From positions 64,001 through 128,000 of the forward strand of contig CAWCRS010000001.1 in the NCBI GenBank assembly GCA_963798085.1: DNA of 64,000 nt, read 5' to 3'. Of the stretch, positions 32,900 to 43,378 are shown piece by piece. The notes under the pieces are model-generated. The model ran no database searches. It saw nothing but the letters and a program-made list of their open reading frames with translations, and had not been told where the DNA came from. The DNA is from an uncultured Gemmatimonadales bacterium (lineage in GTDB: Bacteria; Gemmatimonadota; Gemmatimonadetes; Longimicrobiales; RSA9). Position numbers and translations under genes: made by a program. Position 1 is the first letter of the stretch. Every line of letters starts with the position of its first letter.

Positions 32900-35529
32900 C
32901 CGAGCCGCGGCTGCCTGACAGCGAGTTCGAGCGCAACCGCCACGCGGCCCTGCGCGCGCGTCTGCTGGCGCAGCTCTCGGCCGCGAATCACCCGGCGCTG
33001 GCCGGCCTGACATCGCGCGCGCCCGATGACTTCGTCATTGCGTTGCTTGATGCCTGGGCGGCGGCCGGCGACGTCATCAGCTTCTATGACGAGCGCATCG
33101 CCAACGAATCGTATCTGCGCACGGCGACGGAGCGCTTCTCCGTGCTCCAGCTCGCGCGGCTCATCGGCTACGAGCCTCGCCCGGGCCTCGCGGCGGAGAC
33201 TTTCCTGGCGTTCACACTGGAGACCGCGATCGGCGCACCGCGCGCGGTTACGATTGCGCCGGGCGCCAGGGTGCAGAGTCAGCCCGGCCCGGGCGAGCTG
33301 CCGCAGCTGTTCGAGACCGTCGAGGAGATCCCTGCACGACCCGCGTGGAACGCGCTGGTGCCACGTCTGAGCGTGCCCCAGAACGTGACCGTGAACAACG
33401 CTTCGTTCACGGTGGCCGCCGGCGCCGCGATCCAGCCTGGTGATGCACTGTTAGTGCGTGCGGGCGGCGCCTTCCAGGTGCGGCGCGTGCGCCGCGTCGT
33501 ACCTTCGCCCGATGCGCGCACCACCCGCCTCGATGTGAGCACGGGCGCCACCGGCACGGGTGCGCTGGTCGAGCTGTCCACCGGCGCCTTCGCCGCGCCT
33601 TTCACGGATGCCGCGCCGCTCAATGCAAACACCGTGAACAACCGCATCCTCGGTCGCAAATGGCATCAGGCGGACCTGCTGGCGCTGGCGGCCGCGCAGC
33701 AGTGGCCGCTCGACAAACTCACGGCCGCGATCCAGGGCCAGCTCGCGGCGCGCGCCTCGGCCTCCGCCGGAGAGCTGTACGTGATGCGGCAGCGCGCCGC
33801 GCTGTTCGGCCACAACGCGCCCGCGTACGAGTCGCTCCCCGCATCACTGCGCTTCACGAGTTTCCGCGAAGCCACCAAGACGACCGCGGGCATCGCGACG
33901 TTCGCATCGGTCGGCGCCGCATTCGGCACGAACTGGGAGAATCGCACGGCCGCACAGGAGGCCGGGTCGCAGCCGGTGATCTTCCTCGATGCCGTGTATC
34001 CCGGCATCACACCGGGCGGCTGGGTGGTGCTGCGCGACGGCGACAACCAGCGCGCCTATCAGATCACGGACGTCGGCGAGGTGGCGCGCACGTCGTTCAC
34101 CTTGAGTGCAAAGGTTTCCCGCCTGCTGCTCAACACCGCCGCCGATCTGGGCCTCTTCAAGCTGCGTACCACCACCGTGCTGCTGCAGAGCGAGCCGCTC
34201 ACGCTCACGGGTGTTCCAGTGGCAGCACCGGTGGCCGGCAGCGCCATCCAGCTCGACTCGCCGTATCTCGAGCTGCGGGCGGGACAGCGACTCGCCGCCA
34301 GCGGCCCGCGTGCCGACCTGGCCGGTGCAGCAGCGGGCGAAGTGCGCTCGCTGGCTGACACCGTGCTGGACGACGGCCGCACCGTGCTCGTGCTCGACCG
34401 TGCGCTCGATTTCACATACGTGCGCAGCGACCTGCAGCCGGAGGGGCGGGTTCGCCTGTGCGCCAATGTCGCGCGCGCCACGCACGGCGAGTCCGTGAGC
34501 GAGATCGTGGGCGCCGGCAATGCGCGCAAGCCGTTCCCGACTTTCGCGCTGCGCCAGTCGCCCCTGACGTTTGTGAGCGCTGCCACGCCTTCAGGCGAGG
34601 CGTCCACGCTCGAGCTGCGCGTAAATGATGTGTTATGGAAGGAAGTGCCCACGCTCGTCGGCCAGGCCGCCACGGCCAGGGTGTTCTCCACGCGCGTCGA
34701 GGATGATGGCAGCACCACGCTGCAGTTCGGCGATGGCAGTACGGGCGCCCGCCTGCCCTCGGGCACGGACAATGTGCGCGCCACGTATCGCAAGGGCATT
34801 GGCACGGCCGCCCTGCTGGATGCGGACCGGCTGACACTGCTGTTGACGCGGCCGCTGGGCGTCAAGGATGTGACCAACCCGGTGCCGGCAGTGGGTGCGG
34901 ACGATCCGGAATCACGCGATGCGGCGAGGCGCAATGCGCCGCTCACCGTGCTGACACTGGGCCGCATCGTCTCACTGCAGGACTACGAGGACTTTGCGCG
35001 CGCCTTCGCCGGTATTGCCCGCGCCTTCGCCACGTGGATGTCGCTGGGCAATGAGCGTGGCATCCTGCTCACGGTCAGCGGTCCCCGCGGCGAGGATGTC
35101 GCGGAAGGCAGCGTACTGGCGGGCAATCTGCTGAGCGCCATCGCGCAATCCGGCGATCCCAGGGTGCCCGTTCGCCTGGTGAATCGCAGCCGCGTCTGGT
35201 TCCGCCTGGACGCGCGCGTCCGCACGGATCCCGACTTCACCCGCCTCAAGGTCCTGGCGCAGGTCGAGCAGGTGCTGCGCACGCGCTTCGGCTTCGATGC
35301 CCGCGACTTCGGGCAGGCGGTCACGCTCGCCGAAGTCATGGCCACCATGCACGAAGTGGCGGGCGTTGTCGGCGTGGATGTCGATGCGCTGTACCGCCCG
35401 GACGAGCAGGGCGCCATTCCTAACACTGTCGTACCCTCCCATGTGCCGCCCGCCGGCACGGCGCTGGCCACACCCGCCGAGCTGGTGCTGCTGGACCCCC
35501 GGCCCCTCAACTTCGCGGAGCTGTCGTGA
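32896..35529 (+). CDS. Baseplate J/gp6-like wedge protein 2
   Basis: FYDERIANESYLRTA, LIGYEPRPG, ANVARATHGE, QFGDG..GARLPSG, RIVSLQDYEDFA. Confidence 0.92.
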   Translation: MTEPRLPDSEFERNRHAALRARLLAQLSAANHPALAGLTSRAPDDFVIALLDAWAAAGDVISFYDERIANESYLRTATERFSVLQLARLIGYEPRPGLAAETFLAFTLETAIGAPRAVTIAPGARVQSQPGPGELPQLFETVEEIPARPAWNALVPRLSVPQNVTVNNASFTVAAGAAIQPGDALLVRAGGAFQVRRVRRVVPSPDARTTRLDVSTGATGTGALVELSTGAFAAPFTDAAPLNANTVNNRILGRKWHQADLLALAAAQQWPLDKLTAAIQGQLAARASASAGELYVMRQRAALFGHNAPAYESLPASLRFTSFREATKTTAGIATFASVGAAFGTNWENRTAAQEAGSQPVIFLDAVYPGITPGGWVVLRDGDNQRAYQITDVGEVARTSFTLSAKVSRLLLNTAADLGLFKLRTTTVLLQSEPLTLTGVPVAAPVAGSAIQLDSPYLELRAGQRLAASGPRADLAGAAAGEVRSLADTVLDDGRTVLVLDRALDFTYVRSDLQPEGRVRLCANVARATHGESVSEIVGAGNARKPFPTFALRQSPLTFVSAATPSGEASTLELRVNDVLWKEVPTLVGQAATARVFSTRVEDDGSTTLQFGDGSTGARLPSGTDNVRATYRKGIGTAALLDADRLTLLLTRPLGVKDVTNPVPAVGADDPESRDAARRNAPLTVLTLGRIVSLQDYEDFARAFAGIARAFATWMSLGNERGILLTVSGPRGEDVAEGSVLAGNLLSAIAQSGDPRVPVRLVNRSRVWFRLDARVRTDPDFTRLKVLAQVEQVLRTRFGFDARDFGQAVTLAEVMATMHEVAGVVGVDVDALYRPDEQGAIPNTVVPSHVPPAGTALATPAELVLLDPRPLNFAELS

Positions 35530-37556
35530 CCATTACCGCCGATCGGCTCGCCGGGCTGCTGCCGGCCCTCTATCGCGTCCGCGATGCGGAGGCGGGCGGA
35601 CCGCTGCAGGCACTGCTCGAAGTCATTGCTGCTTCCATGGCAGACCTCGAGGAGGAGATCGAGCAGCTTTACGACAATCAGTTCATCGAGACCGCTTCGC
35701 CTTCGGTACTGCCGTGGTTCGCCGATCTCGTGGGCGCGCGCGCCTTCGGCCTGCCCGTCGAGAAGGATGAGACGCAGCCGGAGCGCAGTGCGGAATCGCT
35801 GCGCGCGCAGATCGCCAACACGGTGGGTAACCGGCGCCGTCGCGGCACGGCTGCAGCACTCGAGCAGGTGGCGAGGGACATCACGGGCTGGGACGCCGTC
35901 GTCGTCGAATTCTTCCAGCGTCTTGCTGCCACGCAGGCGCTGCACCACCTGCGGCCCGGCAACATCGTGACCGCAGACCTGCGCGACATTGCCGGCCTGG
36001 ATCGCGTCGGCTCGGCCTTCGAGCCCGTCACGCGCACGGTGGACGTGCGCCGGATTGCCTCGGGCCGCGGTACGCACAACATCCCCAACGTCGGCATCTT
36101 CCTCTGGCCGTTCCGCGCCGAGCGGTGGGTGCTGTCCCCCGCCTTCGAGATCGATCCCCGGCGCTTCGTGCTGCACCCGCTCGGCATCGACGCGGCGCTG
36201 CGCACAGATCCCGTGGCCGAGCGTTCGCTGGCCGGACTGGCGCAGCCGCTCAACCTGCCACTGCCCATCAGCCGCCGCGCCATGGACGCCGCGCTGGACG
36301 ACTACTACGGCGCCGGCAGAAGTCTGCTGCTCAATGTGGATGGCGTGCCCGTTACGAGCAACGTGTTAGTCGCCGACCTGTCGAATGTCGGCGCGGATGA
36401 CGCGTCCGGCTGGTCCTGTGCGCCCGCTGCAGGCGACATTGCGGTGGACCCCGTGCTCGGCCGCATTGCCTTCCCGCCCGCGGCGCCGCCGCCCACCACG
36501 GTGCGCGCCAGCTTCTTCGCTGGGCATCGCACGGGCATGGGCGGTGGCGCCTACGAGCGCGCCGCCAGCTTCCGCTCGCCCGGCTCCGTGCTCGCGCAGG
36601 TCACGGGCGCGGTCAGCACGATCCCCACCGCCATCGCACAGGTGCTGGATGGCGGCACCATCGAGATCACGGACAGCGATCGCTACATCGATTCACTCCT
36701 CATTCAGGCGAATGACAACGCGCAGATCGAGCTGCGCGCGGCCAACGAGCACTTCCCGCACCTCGCGCTGCCCGACGACTTCGAGATCAATGGCGACGGC
36801 ATCGAGGTCTGGCTGAATGGCCTGCTCATCAGTGGCGCCGCGATTGTCGTGGGGCCGGGCGTGGCGCAGGTGCACATCCGCCATTGCACGCTGGTGCCCG
36901 GCAGCGGCCTGAACCGCAATGGCACGCCCGTCGACACCACGGCGCCGTCGCTCATCATCGAGGGCACCGCCACCAGCGTCGAGATCGAGAGCAGCATCGT
37001 CGGCACGGTGCACCTCACGCGCGGCTCCTCGCTCAGCGCGCGTTACAGCGTCATTGATGCCACAGCGCCGGACGGCATCGCGCTGGCCAATGGCACACTG
37101 GCCGCTGCGGGTGGTGCCGTGTCGCTCGAGCAGTGCACGGTGATCGGCAAGGTGTGGACGGAACAGCTGGATGCATCCGACAGCATCCTGTTTGCCCGCC
37201 TGGCCGCCGCCGATCCGTGGACCTCACCGGTGCGCAGCGAAAAGCGACAGGAAGGCTGCGTGCGTTTCAGCTTCGTGCCGCCGGGCTCGCTCACGCCGCG
37301 GCGCTACCGCTGCCAGCCCAATGCCGCGCACACCGGCCTGCTCCCGCGCTTCCGCACCCTGCGCTTCGGCCTGCCGGACTACGCCCTGCTCGCGAAGAAC
37401 TGCGCGCCCGAGATCGCGGAAGGCGGGGATGATGGAGGCGAAATGGGCGCGTTCGTAAGACTGCGTTTGCGCCAGCGCGTGGCCAATCTGCGGGCCGCGC
37501 TGCCGGAGCATCTGCGATTCGGGCTCGAGGCCGGCACTTTCGTGTCGGAACTCTGA
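35526..37556 (+). CDS. Baseplate wedge / tail protein I-like protein with C-terminal beta-helix-like region
   Basis: LLPALYRVRD, QLYDNQFIETA, RRRRGT..ALEQVARDITGW, VDPVLGRIAF, GCVRFS, GEMGAF. Confidence 0.8.
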   Translation: MTITADRLAGLLPALYRVRDAEAGGPLQALLEVIAASMADLEEEIEQLYDNQFIETASPSVLPWFADLVGARAFGLPVEKDETQPERSAESLRAQIANTVGNRRRRGTAAALEQVARDITGWDAVVVEFFQRLAATQALHHLRPGNIVTADLRDIAGLDRVGSAFEPVTRTVDVRRIASGRGTHNIPNVGIFLWPFRAERWVLSPAFEIDPRRFVLHPLGIDAALRTDPVAERSLAGLAQPLNLPLPISRRAMDAALDDYYGAGRSLLLNVDGVPVTSNVLVADLSNVGADDASGWSCAPAAGDIAVDPVLGRIAFPPAAPPPTTVRASFFAGHRTGMGGGAYERAASFRSPGSVLAQVTGAVSTIPTAIAQVLDGGTIEITDSDRYIDSLLIQANDNAQIELRAANEHFPHLALPDDFEINGDGIEVWLNGLLISGAAIVVGPGVAQVHIRHCTLVPGSGLNRNGTPVDTTAPSLIIEGTATSVEIESSIVGTVHLTRGSSLSARYSVIDATAPDGIALANGTLAAAGGAVSLEQCTVIGKVWTEQLDASDSILFARLAAADPWTSPVRSEKRQEGCVRFSFVPPGSLTPRRYRCQPNAAHTGLLPRFRTLRFGLPDYALLAKNCAPEIAEGGDDGGEMGAFVRLRLRQRVANLRAALPEHLRFGLEAGTFVSEL

Positions 37557-37565
37557 CAGGTCAGC

Positions 37566-37586
37566 GTACCCGCACCGCGCGGGTAC
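37566..37586 (+). promoter_or_regulatory. 8-bp hairpin just upstream of the fibre gene RBS
   Basis: GTACCCGC-ACCGC-GCGGGTAC followed by CAGGAG. Confidence 0.35.
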
Positions 37587-37603
37587 CGCACAGGAGATCG
37601 ACC

Positions 37604-40405
37604 ATGCACGGCGACTTCAGCCGCCAGACATTCGAGCCGCGCAAGCATTATGCGGGCGTGCTGCTGCAGCAGGGTCGCGTCCAGACCAATGCGGACTGGA
37701 ACGAGGCCACGCAAATCGGGCAGCACCAGCTCGAGACCACGGCCGCCAATGTGATCGGCCCGACGGGTGCTCCCCGTGATAACGCCGGGTTCCAGCTGAG
37801 CGCCGCGGGCGCCACCCTCAACATTGGCGCCGGCCGCTACTACGTCGACGGCATCCTCTGCGAGAACGAGGCGGCCCTGGCGCTCAGTGCGCAGACCGGC
37901 GCGGCGCCACCCGCGGGCGCCGGCCTCTACGCCGTGTACCTCAATGTGTGGCGCCGCCATGTCTCGGCCATCGAAGACCCGTCCATTCGCGAGCCGGCAT
38001 TGGGCGGGCCCGATACGGCAACGCGTGTGCAGACCGCATGGCTGGTTCGCCTCGTGCGCATTGGCAATGCCAACGCCAATGCGGTGTGCAGCACGGTGTC
38101 GCCGCAGTGGCAGGCCACACTGCCCGCCAGCACCGGTACGCTGCGCGCGTCCACGCAGGCGGTCGCTGCGCCCACCACGCCCTGCGTGCTGCCCGCCAGT
38201 GCGGGCTATCGCGGCCTCGAGAATCAGCTCTACCGCGTGGAAGTGCACGGGGCCGGCAACCAGGCAACCGCACGCTTCAAGTGGTCGCGCGAGAACGGCT
38301 CCGTGGTGGCCGCCGTGGAGAGCGTGAGCGGCGCCGATGTCACACTGCGCGACCTGCGCACCGATGACCCCCTCGGCTTCGCCCAGGGCGACTGGGTCGA
38401 GCTGATCGATGATGCGCTGGAAGCCGCGAACCAGCGCGGCGATCTCTTCCAGATCGCGCAGCTCGCGCCCGAGATCCGCCGCGTGACGCTCAATACCGCA
38501 CCCGCGCTCGTGGCTAACGCGGCATTGCACCCGCGGCTGCGTCGCTGGGACCAGACGGCGGGCGCCACCAGCCAGGGCGTGTCCATGGTGCCGGGCGGTG
38601 GCGCCACCTCCATATCGCTGGAGCGCGGCGTCGAGGTGAGCTTCGGCGCGGGCCAGTACAATGCCGGCGACTACTGGCTCATTCCCGCGCGCACCGCGCT
38701 GGGCAACGAGCTGGGCACCATTGACTGGCCCGCGGGCCAGTTCCTGCCGCCCGCCGGCATCCGCCACCACTTCGCGCTGCTCGGCGCGTTCAACTTCGAT
38801 GGCGCGAACTTCAGCGCCACGACAGCGGCCGACTGCCGCGAGATCTTCCCGCCGCTGACCGATCTGCACGCAGTCGACGTGGCCTATGACGCCGGCGCCT
38901 GCAGCGACCTGGCGGGCGTGACCACCGTGCAGCAGGCGCTCGATGTGCTGTGCGACCGGCGGGAGGAGTGCTGCGGCATCGTGCTCGAGCCGCTGCCCGG
39001 CTGGGAAGCGGCCTTCGACCAGATCCCGGCCGGCGGTCACGGCCACTTCTGCTTCCGCGCGGCCGACTATCCGCTGGCGGCCACGAAGACCATCACCGGC
39101 AAGGGCACGATCCTGCTGACGGGAGCCGGTCCCGCGAGTCGCATTGTCACCAACAACGAGTGCGCGCTGCTCTTCTCCGGCTGTACCAGTGTGACGGTGC
39201 GCGATGTCGCGTTCATCAGCGGCAGCCCGGGCAAGCCCGTGACTGGCCTGAAGGCGCTGAACGGCGTGCTCACCTGCGACAACGTGGCTGCGGTCACCAT
39301 TGAGCACGTCTCCGCCAGCTGCTCCGCGTCTACGCGCAAGAAGAGCGCATGCCTGGCCGTGCGCAATGCCGCGGTCGCGAGCGCCACCGCGGCCGGACCC
39401 GGAACGGTGCGCATCCGTGGCTGCGACATCGAGGTGGGCTATCAGCAGGTGGGCATCCTCGTGGTCAATGCGCTGCGCGCCACCATCGAGGACAACGCGC
39501 TCCGCGTCGGTCCCGACGTGCCGGCGGGCGCGCAGATCCACCGCCGCATCACGGACCCGGCCGTGCGCGCGCCCATCAGCAAACTCCTGGTTAAGGCGTC
39601 TGTAGCGAAAGCCGCGGGCTCGTCCGTGCCCGCGCCGGTGGTCACCACGGCGGCCGGCGGCGCCATCACGCTGCGCGCGGGCGCGCAGCAGGTCAACTTC
39701 TCCACGGATCCCTCGCTCGCGCCGGCGTGGTCCGCGCTCATCGCCGCCGCACCGCCCACCGACACCACCACCGCGGCGGCTGTCGCCGCGTACGTCAGCT
39801 CGCTCGCCAATCGCGTGCTCTTCGACCCGACGTTCCGCGAGCAGTTCGCGCTGCTGCGCACCTGGTTCGACACGCTGCGCGCCGACAACCCTCCCGCCGC
39901 GGCGCAGGGCATTGTCGTGGGCGGCCAGGTCGCGCGTGACGTGCGCGTCCGCGGCAACACGCTGTCAGGCATGATCGAAGGCGTGCACATCGGTGTGAGC
40001 CACCGCGAGGGACAGCGCGGTACGCCCGACAGCGCCGGCACCGTCCTGATACGCGACAATTCCATCGACACCGTGCTGCCTGCCGCCACCACGCGCCAGC
40101 GTTATGGCATTTACCTCGGCAACTGCGACAGCGCCGTGATCGAGGACAACTTCATCAGTGTGCAGCGCACCGTGCTCACACTGCGCATGCACGTGGATGG
40201 CATCCACATCTTCGGACGCATGGGCCGGCGCCTGATCGTGCGCCAGAACCACCTGCGCGGCTTCCAGACCGGCGTCGCCTTCACCCCCACACCGGCATCG
40301 CTCACGGCGTCCCGGCTCTGGGTGGTGGCGGAAACCATGGCGGAGTCCGCCAGTGTCGCCGTGACGGGGCCGGCGAGCCTGATCCAGGCGAACAACATCA
40401 AGTGA
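37604..40405 (+). CDS. DUF6519-type tail fibre with C-terminal right-handed beta-helix
   Basis: MHGDFSR, LQQGRV...DWNE, GRYYVDGILCE, YRGLENQLYRVEVH, FKWSRENGS, GDYWLIPART; repeated IEDN/VRGN/IRDN/VRQN rungs. Confidence 0.88.
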   Translation: MHGDFSRQTFEPRKHYAGVLLQQGRVQTNADWNEATQIGQHQLETTAANVIGPTGAPRDNAGFQLSAAGATLNIGAGRYYVDGILCENEAALALSAQTGAAPPAGAGLYAVYLNVWRRHVSAIEDPSIREPALGGPDTATRVQTAWLVRLVRIGNANANAVCSTVSPQWQATLPASTGTLRASTQAVAAPTTPCVLPASAGYRGLENQLYRVEVHGAGNQATARFKWSRENGSVVAAVESVSGADVTLRDLRTDDPLGFAQGDWVELIDDALEAANQRGDLFQIAQLAPEIRRVTLNTAPALVANAALHPRLRRWDQTAGATSQGVSMVPGGGATSISLERGVEVSFGAGQYNAGDYWLIPARTALGNELGTIDWPAGQFLPPAGIRHHFALLGAFNFDGANFSATTAADCREIFPPLTDLHAVDVAYDAGACSDLAGVTTVQQALDVLCDRREECCGIVLEPLPGWEAAFDQIPAGGHGHFCFRAADYPLAATKTITGKGTILLTGAGPASRIVTNNECALLFSGCTSVTVRDVAFISGSPGKPVTGLKALNGVLTCDNVAAVTIEHVSASCSASTRKKSACLAVRNAAVASATAAGPGTVRIRGCDIEVGYQQVGILVVNALRATIEDNALRVGPDVPAGAQIHRRITDPAVRAPISKLLVKASVAKAAGSSVPAPVVTTAAGGAITLRAGAQQVNFSTDPSLAPAWSALIAAAPPTDTTTAAAVAAYVSSLANRVLFDPTFREQFALLRTWFDTLRADNPPAAAQGIVVGGQVARDVRVRGNTLSGMIEGVHIGVSHREGQRGTPDSAGTVLIRDNSIDTVLPAATTRQRYGIYLGNCDSAVIEDNFISVQRTVLTLRMHVDGIHIFGRMGRRLIVRQNHLRGFQTGVAFTPTPASLTASRLWVVAETMAESASVAVTGPASLIQANNIK

Positions 40406-40438
40406 ACCCGGGGACTGCGCCACGCCGGCGCCGAATGC

Positions 40439-40672
40439 ATGGTCGTCGGACAGGGTCTCGGTGTGGCCGCCATTGGCGCAGGCATCGGCGTGGCCATCGC
40501 GTTGCTCGTCACACGACTCATGGTGAGCCTCCTCTACGGCGTGCGGCCGGGGGACCCCCTCACGCTGATTGCCGTCGCACTGCTCATGCTGTTTGTTGCG
40601 TGCGCCGCGGCGTGGGCGCCCGCGCGGCGTGCGGCGCGCGTGGATCCGCTCGCGTCGATGCGCCTGCAGTGA
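40439..40672 (+). pseudogene. C-terminal fragment of an FtsX/ADOP-type permease
   Basis: VVGQGL...LLYGVRPGDPLT...WAPARRAARVDP; the rest of the gene is absent. Confidence 0.8.
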
Positions 40673-40866
40673 GTCGAGGCCTGTGGACTCCGGCTCTTCC
40701 CACTCGGCAAGAGGATGCCCATGCACCTGACATTACAGATGTACGTCGGTGTCGCGGGGGACTCAGGCCGCGGTCATGCGGATCACGGACTTGATCGCAC
40801 GACGCTCGTTCATGGCCCGGCAGGCCTCCCGCGGAGCAAGGTTGCACGACTCGCTGCAGGGATGCT

Positions 40867-42855
40867 CTAACCGGCGCCCTCGCCGGGGACGCGCGTCGCG
40901 GGCGGAGCCGCGGCAGCGGACCGGCGCAGCATCCATCCGTAGAGCAGCACGATCAGCCCGACGAAGCCGAGCACGCCCAGCCACGGTCCTGGCACGAACG
41001 TCTCTGGAACCACAGCGAGCGGCGCGTCCTTCGACGTGGCTACGATGAGGCCGGCGTTGATCACGCCCCAGATGCTCTCGCCTACGATGAGGCCGGACGC
41101 CACGAGCGTGCCCAGCCGTTGCGCACGTCCGGCATCCGGCATGGGCCGGCTGCGCCGGTCGTACCAGTGCGACAGCACCGCACCCACGACTACGGCGAAC
41201 ACCGCGGACATGGGCAGATAAATCCCAATGCCAACAGCGAGCGGCGGGATACGCAGCTTCTTCATTGCACCCAGCACAGCGTCCACCACGATGAGCCCGA
41301 CACCGATGACGGCGCCGATAAGGATCATCTTCCATTCCAGACTGCCGCCGATCACACCCTGCGCCAGCGCCGCAATGAGCGTGGCCTGCGGCGCGGGCAG
41401 CGGGTTCAGGGCGACCACACCGATGTTGGCTGCGCCCGCGAAGCCGTACGCCTTCGCCAGAAGATTCAGCACGGACGGAATCACGGCCGCGCCCGCACCC
41501 ACGCCGACGATCAGCGCGATCTGCTGGCGCATCGGCGAAGCGCCCACGAGCTGGCCGGTCTTGAGATCCTGGAGGTTGTCGTTCGAGATCGTGGCGCACG
41601 CGAAGACGATGGCAGTGACGAAGAGTGCGAGGGCGACGAGCGCGGTGCGATTATCCGCCGTGGGCGGCACTGCGATGGCCAGCACCCAGGCGCACAGCAC
41701 GATCGAGAGGATGCCCACGCCCGAGACCGGACTGTTGGAGGCGCCGATCAGCCCCGCCATGTACCCGCAGATCCCCGCGATCAGAAAGCCGCCGATCAGA
41801 ACGAACGGGACCGCAACCAGCGTGAGCCGCGTCGCATGCTCCGCAAGCACGGTGCCGCCCGCGAAGGTGTACGCGAGCCAGCCCGCCAGCAGCATGCACG
41901 CGCCGGTGAGCGTGAGAATCCAGAAGGGCGAGAGATCGCGATCGAGTTCGTCCTGGCGGCCCGTCGCACGCGACGCCGCAAGGGTGCTGACCAGCCCGCC
42001 TAACACGGGCTTTGCCAGGGTCGCGAGCGTGTAGATCGCGGCCACGCCGATCGTGCCCGCACCAATGAAACGCACCTGCGTGCGCCAGATCGTCAGTGTG
42101 TGCGCCGCCAGCGTGACGCCCGCCGCCGCCGGCTGCATGGACGTGAGGATCGGCACCGTGATGCCCCACGCGATCACCAGACCCGTGAGCATCGCCATGC
42201 CCACCGACAGCCCGACCAGGTGCCCCGCCCCCACCAGCGCAAGCGACCACGCGAAGTCGTATCCGCTCGAGGCCATCGCGCCAATGCGGAAGAACCCGCT
42301 GACCCCGCCCGCTGCAATCCGCGTCGCCGTCACAATCGCGAGCCCCGCAGAAGCGACGGAACCGTAGACCACGGCGCGCAGGCCCTCGCGCGCCTCGCCT
42401 GTTTCGTCCTTCGTCTCGCCCCGCGTACCCGAACCCACCTTCAGCACTTCGGCGGCCGCCACGCCTTCCGGATACGGCAGGTCCGACGTCGTCACCAGCG
42501 CGCGCCGCAGCGGAATCGTGAAGAGCACACCCAGCACGCCGCCGCTCACGCAGATCAGGAACGACTGCCAGAACGGGAAGCCCGTCCACCAGCCGATGAT
42601 CACGAGCCCCGGCAGCACGAAGATGATGGCCGAGAGCGTGCCCGCCGCGGACGCGACCGTCTGCACGATGTTGTTCTCGAGGATCGTCGAGTCCTTCACC
42701 GCGCTCAGCACCGCCATCGAGATCACCGCCGCCGGTATCGACGAGGCGAAGGTCAGCCCGACCTTCAGGCCGAGGTACACGTTGGCCGCCGTGAACAGCG
42801 TCGTGATCAGCGCACCCAGGATCAGGCCGCGGATCGTGAGTTCCCTGGGTTTCAT
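40867..42855 (-). CDS. OPT-family oligopeptide transporter
   Basis: ELTIRG, YLGLKVGLTFASSIPAAVIS, LPYPEG.A.AEVL, DNLQDLKTG. Confidence 0.95.
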   Translation of the reverse strand: MKPRELTIRGLILGALITTLFTAANVYLGLKVGLTFASSIPAAVISMAVLSAVKDSTILENNIVQTVASAAGTLSAIIFVLPGLVIIGWWTGFPFWQSFLICVSGGVLGVLFTIPLRRALVTTSDLPYPEGVAAAEVLKVGSGTRGETKDETGEAREGLRAVVYGSVASAGLAIVTATRIAAGGVSGFFRIGAMASSGYDFAWSLALVGAGHLVGLSVGMAMLTGLVIAWGITVPILTSMQPAAAGVTLAAHTLTIWRTQVRFIGAGTIGVAAIYTLATLAKPVLGGLVSTLAASRATGRQDELDRDLSPFWILTLTGACMLLAGWLAYTFAGGTVLAEHATRLTLVAVPFVLIGGFLIAGICGYMAGLIGASNSPVSGVGILSIVLCAWVLAIAVPPTADNRTALVALALFVTAIVFACATISNDNLQDLKTGQLVGASPMRQQIALIVGVGAGAAVIPSVLNLLAKAYGFAGAANIGVVALNPLPAPQATLIAALAQGVIGGSLEWKMILIGAVIGVGLIVVDAVLGAMKKLRIPPLAVGIGIYLPMSAVFAVVVGAVLSHWYDRRSRPMPDAGRAQRLGTLVASGLIVGESIWGVINAGLIVATSKDAPLAVVPETFVPGPWLGVLGFVGLIVLLYGWMLRRSAAAAPPATRVPGEGAG

Positions 42856-43378
42856 GGGCGCTCATAGTACGGCGGGCAGGCGTTTCCGTGCGAGGGCCGC
42901 GAACCGCGTTGGACTCCGATGGCAGGCCCGGCTCCCTGGGGCTCGCTCGGCAATGGATCGGACAGCCGGCAATCCGCGGTCGATGGAAGAGCGCAGAGCG
43001 GTCACGGCGCGAACCCCGACACTGCCGCTTTCGTCAAGCCGTTCCGCAGCAACGAGCCCCAGCAACCAGCCCCGGCAACGCAGCCCTTCCGCGCCCTCTA
43101 CTCCTGCTCTCACCCAGGGGTGGAACTGCATCGTTGGATCTATTGACCGGGGAAACCGACGTCGCGACATTTCGCTTCGACACGACGCAATCTCCTGGTA
43201 GAGGCGTGTTGGTCAGTACAAAGGTCTGCTATCGTGGCATCGTCTTCGAAAGCGTTTCTGAGGAAAGCTGATTCGTAGGGTTCGAATCCCGCGTCGTGTC
43301 ATTGGGCGAGCCTCTCGGCTCGCCCATTCTATTTCTGCCCACACCGCTTCACACCTGCCCGTCCACCGACGTCGCGAC

